A DNA stretch of 64,000 nt, taken from assembly GCA_021846685.1 (NCBI GenBank), contig JAJZWL010000001.1, positions 387 through 64,386 of the forward strand. The letters are read 5' to 3'. Under the pieces are notes generated by a model. The model made no database searches, was not told where the DNA came from, and saw only the letters and a program-made list of their open reading frames with translations. Position 1 is the stretch's first letter. Every line of letters starts with the position of its first letter. The translations under genes and the position numbers were made by a program. The DNA is from a bacterium (lineage in GTDB: Bacteria; Patescibacteriota; Dojkabacteria; JAKAPS01; JAJZLI01). Shown in pieces: positions 47,567 to 57,052 of the stretch.

Positions 47567-48414
47567 ATATTTTAACAACAATAGGTGGATTTTTTGTTTT
47601 ACTTTGGAATACAGTTCTATTTAATCCTATTATAAATATATTTGTATTTTTCTATAAAATTTCTGGTTCTAATTTAGGATTAGCAATTATAATTATAACG
47701 ATTCTTCTAAGAATTATTCTGTGGCCTCTATTAAAATCTCAATTAGCTTCCACTAAAAATATGCAAAAAATTCAGCCTAAGCTGGCTGTTATTCAAAAAA
47801 AATATAAAAAAGATATTGTCAAACTTAGAGAAGAGCAGATGAAGATTTTTAAAGAAGAAGGTGTTAATCCTTTAGGAAGTTGTTTTTCTCTTGTAATCCA
47901 ATTACCTATTCTTTGGGGTGTATATGAGGCAATTTTAGCAATGTCTCAACATAAAGCTTCATATTTGAATAAAATAATGTATTCATCTTTCTTACATTAT
48001 CCTGCTAATTATCATTATAATTTAAATTTTTTAAATATTAATGTAGGAAAAGATGCGATGACTGTAGGTATTTTTACAGTAGGGGCTTTAAGTTATATAG
48101 TATTATCTTTATTAGTTGGATATTCTCAATATTTAGTATCTAAAGTATCACTTCCAGGAATGACAAATGAAATAGCTGAAGAGAAAACAGAGATAGAGCT
48201 AAAAGAGACTTCAAAAGGAGATAAAAAAGCATTAGACGTTGATCCTACTGCATTCAGTGGAATGATATCTAAACAACTATTATACTTAATGCCAGTATTA
48301 CTTTTGGTTATTTCCTTGGGTATTTTAGGCCCTATTCCTGCTGCGCTTTCAATTTATTGGGCAGTTCAATCTTTTGCTATTTATATTCAGACAAAATTAT
48401 TTTTTAGAAAATAA
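47563..48414 (+). CDS. yidC: Membrane protein insertase YidC/Oxa1 (short form).
   Basis: LLRIILWPL...QKLQPK...KYKKD conserved core. Multi-TM, and follows rnpA. Confidence 0.8.
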   Translation: MNILTTIGGFFVLLWNTVLFNPIINIFVFFYKISGSNLGLAIIIITILLRIILWPLLKSQLASTKNMQKIQPKLAVIQKKYKKDIVKLREEQMKIFKEEGVNPLGSCFSLVIQLPILWGVYEAILAMSQHKASYLNKIMYSSFLHYPANYHYNLNFLNINVGKDAMTVGIFTVGALSYIVLSLLVGYSQYLVSKVSLPGMTNEIAEEKTEIELKETSKGDKKALDVDPTAFSGMISKQLLYLMPVLLLVISLGILGPIPAALSIYWAVQSFAIYIQTKLFFRK

Positions 48415-48613
48415 TACTTAAAAAAACTTAGTATTCCTAACTAGTCTCAATTATTACCTTTTATAGATTTTTCTGTTCTGAGTTCTGTATATTTACATAA
48501 TTTATTGATACCCGTATATCTATTCACAATTTTATCTGATTTTTGTAAGTCTCATAGAAATATGAATCACAAAAGTTTGACGACCATATATGTATGATGT
48601 AATAATTCATATT

Positions 48614-48862
48614 ATGATTAGAACTCAAATTTATATACCTGAAAATTTACACAAAAAACTTATATATCTAGCTAAGAAAAAAAATAAATCTATGGCTGAG
48701 TTCATTCGTCTTTTTATCGAAGAAGGACTGAAAAGAGATGACACATTAGATATTAGTGGTAAAGATGTATTAAGGAAGATATCTCTTATGAACTTTACAG
48801 GAGGAGATAAAAACTTGTCTTCTAAAATAGATGAAATTGTATATAGTAATGAAGAAAAATAA
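48614..48862 (+). CDS. Ribbon-helix-helix (CopG/antitoxin-like) protein.
   Basis: QIYIPENLHKKLIYLAKKKNKSMAEFIRLFIEEGL fits a beta-strand then two-helix RHH layout. The Met at 48614 is preferred over 48590. Confidence 0.45.
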   Translation: MIRTQIYIPENLHKKLIYLAKKKNKSMAEFIRLFIEEGLKRDDTLDISGKDVLRKISLMNFTGGDKNLSSKIDEIVYSNEEK

Positions 48863-49065
48863 GTGTGTTATTTTAAAATAAATTTCAAATCTTTCCTGAT
48901 TTGTAACATTTAGTATGTTTTTTTGTAAGTTTTAGAATAATGTACATAACAAGTAGTATTATACTTTTAGGCCTTGGAAATTTACTGCATGAGACACTTA
49001 TTATCCTGCCATATCAATATTCCTGTTTTAATTAATTTAATCTTGGACTTTTGATTTATTGTCTA

Positions 49066-49812
49066 TTAAATTTTATCGAAATGAATTTGATTTAAAGAAA
49101 AAAGGTATTTCCAATCTTCAAACATTAGGTCTTGGGCTCTTTTATCTTTAAATTTATCCAAATTAAAATTAACAAGAACATTAGACAATTTTTTTCTTGG
49201 ATTTGAAAACCCTCTATTTATAAAACCTTCAAATTCTTTTTGTTCTTTATTATATTTATATATATTTTTAATATATATAATTTGCGAATCAACCTTTGGA
49301 ATAGGGTAGAAATTATCTTTTTTAATTAAATCTCCCTTTTCTACATTTTCTGCATATATCCTTAAAGTATTATATAATTTTTCTCCTGGAGTAGAATATT
49401 TTTCTGCAACTTCTTTTTGTAATATTACATAGATATTATTTGCTCTAATCTTATTTTTTAAAAAGAGAGATATGATATCTTTTGATATATAGTATGGGAG
49501 AGCTGAAATTAGTGAGAAATTTAAATAAGGGATGGTTTCAAAATTATATTTTAATATATCTGTATTAATTATCTCTATCTTAGGAAATTTATTTACCAAT
49601 AAAGGTATTAATCTTTCATCTTTTTCTATACAAGTAATATTATGAGTCTTCTTTAATATATCTTCAGTTATAAAGCCCTTTCCAGGTCCAATTTCAAGGA
49701 TATTTTCGTCCTTTTTAAGATATTTTAGAAGTTTTTCGACAAAAGACTTATTTAATAGAAAATTTTGACCTAAATTTTTCTCTGGTTTAGTATTAAAATA
49801 TATTTTTTGCAT
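49066..49812 (-). CDS. rsmA: 16S rRNA (adenine1518/1519-N6)-dimethyltransferase.
   Basis: LGQNFL and EIGPGKG SAM-binding motifs of the KsgA/Dim1 family. Confidence 0.85.
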   Translation of the reverse strand: MQKIYFNTKPEKNLGQNFLLNKSFVEKLLKYLKKDENILEIGPGKGFITEDILKKTHNITCIEKDERLIPLLVNKFPKIEIINTDILKYNFETIPYLNFSLISALPYYISKDIISLFLKNKIRANNIYVILQKEVAEKYSTPGEKLYNTLRIYAENVEKGDLIKKDNFYPIPKVDSQIIYIKNIYKYNKEQKEFEGFINRGFSNPRKKLSNVLVNFNLDKFKDKRAQDLMFEDWKYLFSLNQIHFDKI

Positions 49813-50065
49813 TAATTTGAGGTATCTGACTATTCATATTATAAATAAATTTTTTAGAGATTTTATTATATAAGAGTTTGTAACTTTTGACATTAACATA
49901 GGTAGTAGTAGGTGCTAAGGTAACATTGCTTTCGTGAGATGTGAAAAGTGTAATTATAAATATATTCAAAACTAGAATAATAATAATTATTATTATCTCT
50001 ATTATTTCAATAGGGTGTTTCTCAAATAATCCTTCTTTTTTTATTTTATTTTTTTTATTTGTCAT
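49793..50065 (-). CDS. Small membrane protein at the end of the pilus operon.
   Basis: One TM helix. Overlaps neighbours on both sides. Confidence 0.35.
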   Translation of the reverse strand: MTNKKNKIKKEGLFEKHPIEIIEIIIIIIILVLNIFIITLFTSHESNVTLAPTTTYVNVKSYKLLYNKISKKFIYNMNSQIPQINAKNIF

Positions 50066-50625
50066 TGTATATATAAGTTTAAAGTTATGGATGCATTTAT
50101 AAGTCCTGCTGCTCCTCCTTTTTGCGAAGTTAGATTAATCAAATTGATATTTGAAAAGTAGTAAGAATTTTCCAACATACGGATATAATTTAGGATTCCT
50201 GCAAAATTCCCAGTAACATTTAAGCTGACAGGGAGAATTTTCCCAGAAGAAGAGGTAGTAGAAGAAGTTCCACTCCCTATTTGTATAGACTTGGTATAAA
50301 CTGTAGCCGATCCAAAAGCTATAATTGCTTTTATTCCTGTGAGATTCGCAATAATATTTTCTTGATTTACCCAATTTGTAATTGAATTTTGAGAGATTAA
50401 AGTATTATATAGGAAATTAACCTTTTTGGTATATTGCTGTTTTTGATAAAGTAGAGTTTGCTCTTCTAAGTTTTTTTGCTTTAATGTTGATAATGTTGTA
50501 TTTAAGGTACTTTTAGTTATTCTAGTTTGATAATATAAATTATATGTAAAATACAAACAGTATACTATTACTATTGTTAGTATTGTATATATTATGTAGT
50601 TTTTATATTCTTTAATTTTATTCAT
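50062..50625 (-). CDS. PilO-like type IV pilus assembly protein.
   Basis: Single N-terminal TM helix, then a coiled-coil periplasmic domain. Located after pilMN. Confidence 0.45.
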   Translation of the reverse strand: MNKIKEYKNYIIYTILTIVIVYCLYFTYNLYYQTRITKSTLNTTLSTLKQKNLEEQTLLYQKQQYTKKVNFLYNTLISQNSITNWVNQENIIANLTGIKAIIAFGSATVYTKSIQIGSGTSSTTSSSGKILPVSLNVTGNFAGILNYIRMLENSYYFSNINLINLTSQKGGAAGLINASITLNLYIQ

Positions 50626-52210
50626 TATAGTTAAAAAGTATGGTAAATCCTGGATTTACAGTATTCTCGAAATTTGAAATAGGCATGTTTAATTTAGAAA
50701 AATCAGAAGCTGAATGTATATTATTTTCTAGCTGTATTATTTGTGATTGTGTCTGTGCATTACCCTCTATTCTTATTTGCCATACAGCCTGAGACCCTTT
50801 GCCTATATTCTGTATATCTAGATTATTAAGATATACTCCGTTTGGAACAAGATTTGATATTTGTTCTATGACATAAGACCATTTATTTTGTGCCTTATAT
50901 GTATTTGTTAATGTAGAAAGGTTTGAGTTCATGGTATTTATAGTTGACGAAACACCTTTATATTTAGGGTTATTGAGCTGTGACTGATAAAAACTTATTT
51001 GATGATTTATTCCTGATATCTCTATGTTGTTAGTTATTGATAAAAAGACAAATATAATTGACAGTAAAAGTGTGTTGAATAGAAGTATCTTTAATGTAGA
51101 TAATCCAAATTTCAAGAAATAAGATTCAATAGTTTTTACTTTTTGTTTTTTTGGAAGTAAATTTATATATGTTGAAGATGAAATTTTATTTAAAAGTTCT
51201 ATTCCTATTATTGGTATATATGGTGAAATTTGTTGATGTTTTTCCCATTGCAATATTGGATAAATTTTAATATTAATCTTTGCTTTTTCAACAGAAACTT
51301 TGCTCATTTCTTGAATTTTTTCTAAAACTCCGTCAATAGAAGCTGTTTCTCCATAAATATATATTTTTTTTATTCTGTCTTCGCCATAAAAATTCAAAGA
51401 TTTTTTTAATTCTTGGTCTACTTGTACAAAAAGGCTTTCTATATGTTTGCTAAATTCAATATCTTTACTTTTTATTCCATTTTTCAATAAATATTCCTCG
51501 ATTTTTTCATCATTAAGTTTTAAGTATTCACCTACAGTCTTGGTAATTTGATTTAATCCAAAGTAAAAAGAAGTGGAAAATTGAATGGCATCCTTTTTAT
51601 TAATAGCAATGTTGGTAATACTTTTTCCCATATCTAAAAGCAAATAATCATCATTTTCTGTATTTAGAGTTATAGCCCTGAGAGCAGATTGAGCTCTTGA
51701 TTCAAACATTAAGGGGACTATTTTTGCAAGTTTTAAAGTTTCTGTAAAAGAATCCGCACTCTCTTTAGCTACAGCTGTAACTATGACTTCATAATTTTGA
51801 TCATCTTCGGACAGTACATCATAAGTCCAATATATCTCTTCTTCTTTCATTGGTATTAGTGTTGGAAGTTGAAATTGAATTGCTTTTTCTATTTTTTTAA
51901 ATTCTACTTTAGGAATTTTTACAATTTGGGAGTATATCTGGTCATCTGGAAGTATAACTACTGCAAAATGAGTTTTAATTTTTTTAGGATTTTTTTTAGA
52001 AATAATTATTTTTAACTTTTCTATAACAGCATCGGGTTGCCTTATTATTCCAGCAATAAAGGTAGAAGCAGGAAGTTCTTCTTCTCCTATATTTACTAAT
52101 GTGTAATGGTCTTTCTTTTTTTTAAATTCTGCAACCTTAACAGAACCAGAAGAGATATCTATACCAAAGACTTCTTCTCTTTTTATTATATTTTTGAGCA
52201 GACTTTCCAT
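50618..52210 (-). CDS. PilM-PilN fusion protein (actin-like ATPase domain plus a PilN transmembrane/periplasmic domain).
   Basis: The N-terminal FGIDISSGSVKVAEF block is PilM/FtsA-like. After about 350 aa there is an INLLPKKQK motif (PilN INLLP signature), followed by a TM helix. Confidence 0.7.
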   Translation of the reverse strand: MESLLKNIIKREEVFGIDISSGSVKVAEFKKKKDHYTLVNIGEEELPASTFIAGIIRQPDAVIEKLKIIISKKNPKKIKTHFAVVILPDDQIYSQIVKIPKVEFKKIEKAIQFQLPTLIPMKEEEIYWTYDVLSEDDQNYEVIVTAVAKESADSFTETLKLAKIVPLMFESRAQSALRAITLNTENDDYLLLDMGKSITNIAINKKDAIQFSTSFYFGLNQITKTVGEYLKLNDEKIEEYLLKNGIKSKDIEFSKHIESLFVQVDQELKKSLNFYGEDRIKKIYIYGETASIDGVLEKIQEMSKVSVEKAKINIKIYPILQWEKHQQISPYIPIIGIELLNKISSSTYINLLPKKQKVKTIESYFLKFGLSTLKILLFNTLLLSIIFVFLSITNNIEISGINHQISFYQSQLNNPKYKGVSSTINTMNSNLSTLTNTYKAQNKWSYVIEQISNLVPNGVYLNNLDIQNIGKGSQAVWQIRIEGNAQTQSQIIQLENNIHSASDFSKLNMPISNFENTVNPGFTILFNYNE

Positions 52211-52251
52211 ATATCTATATATTACATTATTTTTACATTTTAGTTAACGTC

Positions 52252-53685
52252 TTAATTTATTTCATTCCAGGAAAGTATTTTTGTTGTTCCTGTTGTAAAG
52301 TTAAATCCTGTAGTTTCTTTTATTATAGTTGGATCTAGAGTGATCTGTGTCCCTGGTATGTAATTATAATCATTATAATATAAGTTATTTATCTTAATCT
52401 TTCCTCCTGCCCAAATAGCTCCATTTACATTTATTGTTCCTGTACCATCTCCAGGTGTTATATCTGACGAAGAATCTATATCATCATTTATCGATATATT
52501 TCCAGGTGAAAAAATAATTCCTGTTACATTAAAAGTTAAATTTGATCCATTTTCTCCTATAAATATTCCCTGATTTCCTGCAATTAATGCTGGTAAATAC
52601 TTTCCTGTAGAAGGTGAGTAAGGTGAAGTATCTATAAAACTAGCATTTGTAGATAATTTATTCTTTACAAAAAGGGAGGAATTTGTAAAATTATACGTTA
52701 TTGGGTTTCCACCACTATCTGTACTAGGGAGATTTAGTCCATTAGCATTAATATAGTATATTCCTGCAGGCGGTTTGATAGTATCGACTCCTGAAGAAAT
52801 AGTAGAATAATTATTTAAATAAGATATAAAACTAGGTTGGCTACTAAAGTAAGTTCCATTTGTCTTTGCAAGTGTAATCCATTGAGCAAAAGGAAATGTA
52901 GGTAAATTAATTGAAGGTGGGGGTGAAAGAGCTACTTCAGAACCTATTGTAGAATTAGAGATAAAGCAAGAAGCAGAGCCTCCTATTGTATTTGCACAAC
53001 TTAATTCTCCTGCAAGGTTAGAGGAGTATATCCAGCTAAATAAAAAACTTGAGTTTAAATTTACGATTGATGATGTATTTGTATCGTTTACTTGATAGAA
53101 ATAATTTCCAAATCCACCTCCATTACCTACTGCATTTACGTTTGTGGAATTAAAATTTACCTGATAAAGTTGAAGCTCGTTATTTGATTGTACATTTCCT
53201 TGTGTTTGAAACCATTCTCCATAAATAGTGTTATTTGCAAAAAGTGCATAATTTAATATTGCAGGATTTTGCCCTAATTGTATAACTACTTTTAGACTTC
53301 TTTGGATTTCTATTTTTGTAGTACTTCCAGTTTGGTATGATTGTGCTGTAGAAACTAATGTCGCTTGTTCTGGGGACACAGAAGTGTTGTATGTGACACT
53401 TACTGAGTCGGTAGCATTTATTTGTGTATCAATAGGGGATGTGAATGTGCCACCAGTATAACTTGTTCCTGTTTGTCCAATTTGTAGCATAGCATTCTCT
53501 ATTCCTGATTCTGCCAAGTACTTTACTTGAGAATCTAATATATCATTTTGAGATAATTGATACTCAGAAGTTGCTATTGATAGGATTGTTGTCATTACAG
53601 TCAAAAGTACTGCAGTAAGAACTATAATAGCTATTATAGCTGCTTGTCCTTTATTATTGTCTTCTTTGTGTTGCTGTTGTTTCAT
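52252..53685 (-). CDS. PilX-like large minor-pilin-associated protein.
   Basis: N-terminus MKQQQHKEDNNKGQAAIIAIIVLTAVL resembles the PilX_N domain. The rest is a large Thr/Ser/Asn-rich ectodomain. Confidence 0.5.
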   Translation of the reverse strand: MKQQQHKEDNNKGQAAIIAIIVLTAVLLTVMTTILSIATSEYQLSQNDILDSQVKYLAESGIENAMLQIGQTGTSYTGGTFTSPIDTQINATDSVSVTYNTSVSPEQATLVSTAQSYQTGSTTKIEIQRSLKVVIQLGQNPAILNYALFANNTIYGEWFQTQGNVQSNNELQLYQVNFNSTNVNAVGNGGGFGNYFYQVNDTNTSSIVNLNSSFLFSWIYSSNLAGELSCANTIGGSASCFISNSTIGSEVALSPPPSINLPTFPFAQWITLAKTNGTYFSSQPSFISYLNNYSTISSGVDTIKPPAGIYYINANGLNLPSTDSGGNPITYNFTNSSLFVKNKLSTNASFIDTSPYSPSTGKYLPALIAGNQGIFIGENGSNLTFNVTGIIFSPGNISINDDIDSSSDITPGDGTGTINVNGAIWAGGKIKINNLYYNDYNYIPGTQITLDPTIIKETTGFNFTTGTTKILSWNEIN

Positions 53686-54154
53686 ATGTTTTTTTAGTTA
53701 TAATACCACTTGTTCCTACATTAGATTCTGTAATTGTAATAAATACTGTAGGAGAAAGCCCCGTATTAGCTTCTTCTTTAAATGAAATATTGTAAGTATA
53801 GATGTTTGATGATGATATTTGAGTTGGTGTATTTGTATTATTTTGTGAATATATAGTTCCTCCCGATGAATAGTAAGTTACTTTATTTCCTCCTGTATCT
53901 GTTTGTATGACAAGCTTGTTAGTAGTTGTGTTTGTAGGATTTGGAGTCAAGACTTGATAAGCGTCCTCTATTGATTGTGTCATAGTTTTCATACTTATTC
54001 TTACGGTGTCATTTGAATTGGCAATTGTTGTTATTTTATTCTGGGTAGATATTAAGTCTATAAGTATAGTAGTTGTAACTATGATTATTAATCCTAATAT
54101 TAGTACATAAAGGATTGTTTCTATTAATGTTTGACCTCTATTACCCATATTCAT
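53654..54154 (-). CDS. Minor pilin / pseudopilin.
   Basis: Prepilin leader MNMGNRG followed by QTLIE, giving Gly at -1 and Glu at +5. Confidence 0.65.
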   Translation of the reverse strand: MNMGNRGQTLIETILYVLILGLIIIVTTTILIDLISTQNKITTIANSNDTVRISMKTMTQSIEDAYQVLTPNPTNTTTNKLVIQTDTGGNKVTYYSSGGTIYSQNNTNTPTQISSSNIYTYNISFKEEANTGLSPTVFITITESNVGTSGIITKKTYETTATQRRQ

Positions 54155-54155
54155 A

Positions 54156-54653
54156 TTAAAAAGCTTGCCAATTAGTTAAATATTCTGTCTCAGAATAAGA
54201 AAAATTCTGACCATAAGATGTAAAGGTTACATTTGCAGTAACCTCCATTGAATTAGGATCTACTGGAGATGTAGTATTCGTGGTAAAAGTATTTGAATTT
54301 GATCTATAAGCAGGAGCAATTTGAATATCTATTGTATACTCATTATAAGTTTCTTTTCCTGGGACAAGTACCCAACCTTGTAGTATATGAGGAGGGGTAT
54401 TTGTAGGATTATATTGAAGATAATATGTTCCTGCTAAAGTCAGATCTGACCAAGATTGATTCTGGACAGCATAGAGGCTTTCTATTTGTTGCTGTAGTAG
54501 ATATTTTGCTTCTAATTTTTGTTTTGAAATTTCTATAGATTTGTATACTAGTTGTACTGCAAATAGAGAAGATCCAAATACTATAGCAATAATAGTTATT
54601 GTTAATAGTAGTTCTATAAATGCTTGTCCTTTGTTATTAATATACTGCTCCAT
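54156..54653 (-). CDS. Minor pilin / pseudopilin.
   Basis: Prepilin leader MEQYINNKG followed by QAFIE. Confidence 0.65.
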   Translation of the reverse strand: MEQYINNKGQAFIELLLTITIIAIVFGSSLFAVQLVYKSIEISKQKLEAKYLLQQQIESLYAVQNQSWSDLTLAGTYYLQYNPTNTPPHILQGWVLVPGKETYNEYTIDIQIAPAYRSNSNTFTTNTTSPVDPNSMEVTANVTFTSYGQNFSYSETEYLTNWQAF

Positions 54654-55089
54654 TATTATTAATATTCATTACGATAAAATAAGAAGGATTTCCTATATCA
54701 AAGGATACCCCAGTATTTGTTAGTTGTCCATTTACGGAATTAAATATAATAGGATTATTATCTGCTGGTGAAAGGTTATAAAGTGTTACTTCTGGGGGAA
54801 AGTAGTAAGTGTCATTCAAGCTGTTAGTTGAAGAGTAGCTTCCTCCTGGAAAGATTGTAATTTGATTACTTTGAAACTCAATCCCATATTGGCTATATCC
54901 GTCTAAATTATTCATTGCATTGTCTTGAGCTTTTTTTACAATTGAATATATCATTTGATTGGAAGAGTCTACATTTATATGAGACATTAGAGATAAATAT
55001 GAAAATCCTATCATGAGAGCAAGTATTCCCAATATGGTTATGACTATTAAAATTTCAATTAAGGTAAAACCTTTATTTTGTTGGTACAT
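54637..55089 (-). CDS. Type IV pilin.
   Basis: Canonical MYQQNKG followed by FTLIEILIVI. The ORF-track start is a GTG 5 codons upstream. The ATG at 55089 gives the typical 7-aa leader and has a GGAGG just upstream. Confidence 0.7.
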   Translation of the reverse strand: MYQQNKGFTLIEILIVITILGILALMIGFSYLSLMSHINVDSSNQMIYSIVKKAQDNAMNNLDGYSQYGIEFQSNQITIFPGGSYSSTNSLNDTYYFPPEVTLYNLSPADNNPIIFNSVNGQLTNTGVSFDIGNPSYFIVMNINNNGAVY

Positions 55090-56329
55090 TTCCTCCGGCT
55101 CCACTTGCGGCTGAAGTACCAGCTGTTTTTCCGATACTTCCAGTCATTTGATATATAGGCATTATTACAGAAAGTGCTATAAGCAAAACTCCTCCTCCCA
55201 TTACGAACAGCATAAGCGGTTCTATTATTACAGAAAGGTTTGCAAGTGTATCATCTACTTGATTTTGATAGAATTCACTAACAGAAAGAAGCATTTCTGA
55301 GGTATTTCCTGTTTTATCTCCAACTGCAATCATTCTTGTGGCTAGATTAGGAAAGAGTTTCGGATATTTAGATAATGTAGGAGATATTTGATCTCCTTTT
55401 TCAACATTCCGTTCTAACTCATCGATTATTTTTTTGTAAGCTTCATTTGAAACTGTATCTCTTACTATTGTTATAGATTGATTTATAGGAATCCCACTTT
55501 TCAAGAGATTTCCTAGTGTTCTTGCAAAATTTATAATATTTATTTTTTTTATTATGTCTCCAATAATAGGGATTTTTATAGAGATCACATTCCAAATATA
55601 TTTTGCCTGAGGAAGTTTTAAGAGAGCTCTGGCAGCTATTATTAGAATGATAACTACTATTAAAACTTCTACTCCATATCCTGTTAGTATGTTAGATACA
55701 TCTATCATTATTTGAGTAGGTAAAGGTAGTGTCATTCCACTTCCTTTAAACATTGTATTTAATTGAGGAAAAACAAAAATAATAAGGCCAATACTTACAA
55801 CAAGCATGATACTCATTATTATTACTGGATACATCATAGCGCTTTTTACTTTTTTTCTGAGTTCATAACTTTTTTGTACTTGGTCTTTGATAAGATTTGT
55901 ATTCTCTGCAATGCTTCCACTTGTTTCTCCTATCTCCATCATTTTTATTATTAATGGTGAAAATATCTTGGGATATTTTTTCATAGAGTCTGAGAGTTTA
56001 TTTCCAGATTCAACATTATATTTAAGATCCTCTATTACTTGTTTAAATATTTTTGTTTCAGCATCTTGTACCAAGGAGTCTAGAGTTTCAGATAAAGAGA
56101 GTCCTGCATTAAGCATTTTTCCCATATGGTCAAAAAAAAGTAATTTTTCTACTAATTTAACACTTCCTTTAGATGCATTTTTAACTTTAGCTTTCTCTTC
56201 ATCTATAGAAAGTATAGTTAGACCATCTGATCGAATAATCTCTAAGGCCTCATCTTTTCCTCCTGCGCTAACAGATCCATTTTTAATATTTCCTTCTTGA
56301 TCTGTAGCTTCATAAATAAACTCTGACAT
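55073..56329 (-). CDS. pilC: Type IV pilus inner-membrane platform protein PilC (GspF family).
   Basis: Two repeated T2SSF-like halves, each with three TM helices. 418 aa. Heads the pilin operon. Confidence 0.85.
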   Translation of the reverse strand: MSEFIYEATDQEGNIKNGSVSAGGKDEALEIIRSDGLTILSIDEEKAKVKNASKGSVKLVEKLLFFDHMGKMLNAGLSLSETLDSLVQDAETKIFKQVIEDLKYNVESGNKLSDSMKKYPKIFSPLIIKMMEIGETSGSIAENTNLIKDQVQKSYELRKKVKSAMMYPVIIMSIMLVVSIGLIIFVFPQLNTMFKGSGMTLPLPTQIMIDVSNILTGYGVEVLIVVIILIIAARALLKLPQAKYIWNVISIKIPIIGDIIKKINIINFARTLGNLLKSGIPINQSITIVRDTVSNEAYKKIIDELERNVEKGDQISPTLSKYPKLFPNLATRMIAVGDKTGNTSEMLLSVSEFYQNQVDDTLANLSVIIEPLMLFVMGGGVLLIALSVIMPIYQMTGSIGKTAGTSAASGAGGNVPTK

Positions 56330-56395
56330 ATATAAAATATATCTATTTTATGTAACAAAAGCAAGGAGTATATAATTTATGATATAATTTGTGCT

Positions 56396-57052
56396 ATGGA
56401 AAATAAAGGAAAAAGTACACCTGAAGATGAGTTGTTATTAATTGAAGTAACAAGACTAAGAGAAGAGAATGACTCATTAAGACGTGAGCTTAAAAGGGTG
56501 ACTGAATTATACGATTTAAGTCAACAAGGTATAAGAGGCACTCAAAATCAAATTTTTGAAAAGCAACTTGAAAGATTGAGGCGTGATAATCAAATTGATA
56601 AAATGACCGGTGTTTTTAATAACAATTATATTGAAGATACTGAAGTAAAAAAGAAATTAGAAGCTTTATCTAGAGAGGGTATACTTTTTGGAATTATTTT
56701 TTTAGATTTAAATGACTTAAAGGTAATTAATGATAGTAAAGGTCATGGTGAAGGGGATCAATATATTAAATTTGCTGCACAGTCTTTATTAGGAGCTGTT
56801 TCCTCTAGAGATATTGTTGTAAGAAAGGGGGGTGATGAATTCATAGTTATAGTCAATGCATTGGATTCTACTACAGCAGGAGATATTTTGGTTGTTATTG
56901 AAAATAGAGTAAAAAATTCTCTTTTAGAAAAAAATGTAAAGGCCTCTTTAGGGGTTGCTCTATCTGCAGATTGTGATCATAATGTACAAGAGACTATAAA
57001 TTTAGCAGATCAAAGAATGTATGCAGAAAAAAGGAAATCTAAGAAAAAATAA
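56396..57052 (+). CDS. GGDEF-domain diguanylate cyclase with an N-terminal coiled coil and no sensor domain.
   Basis: The RKGGDEFIV active-site motif, an LDLNDLKVIND metal-binding region, and an N-terminal heptad-like segment. Confidence 0.75.
   Translation: MENKGKSTPEDELLLIEVTRLREENDSLRRELKRVTELYDLSQQGIRGTQNQIFEKQLERLRRDNQIDKMTGVFNNNYIEDTEVKKKLEALSREGILFGIIFLDLNDLKVINDSKGHGEGDQYIKFAAQSLLGAVSSRDIVVRKGGDEFIVIVNALDSTTAGDILVVIENRVKNSLLEKNVKASLGVALSADCDHNVQETINLADQRMYAEKRKSKKK

Noticed and set aside
48415-48440. Possible terminator hairpin after yidC (AATACT ... AGTATT).
   Set aside because: Only a 6-bp all-AT stem with an 11-nt loop and no following U tract. Too weak to call.
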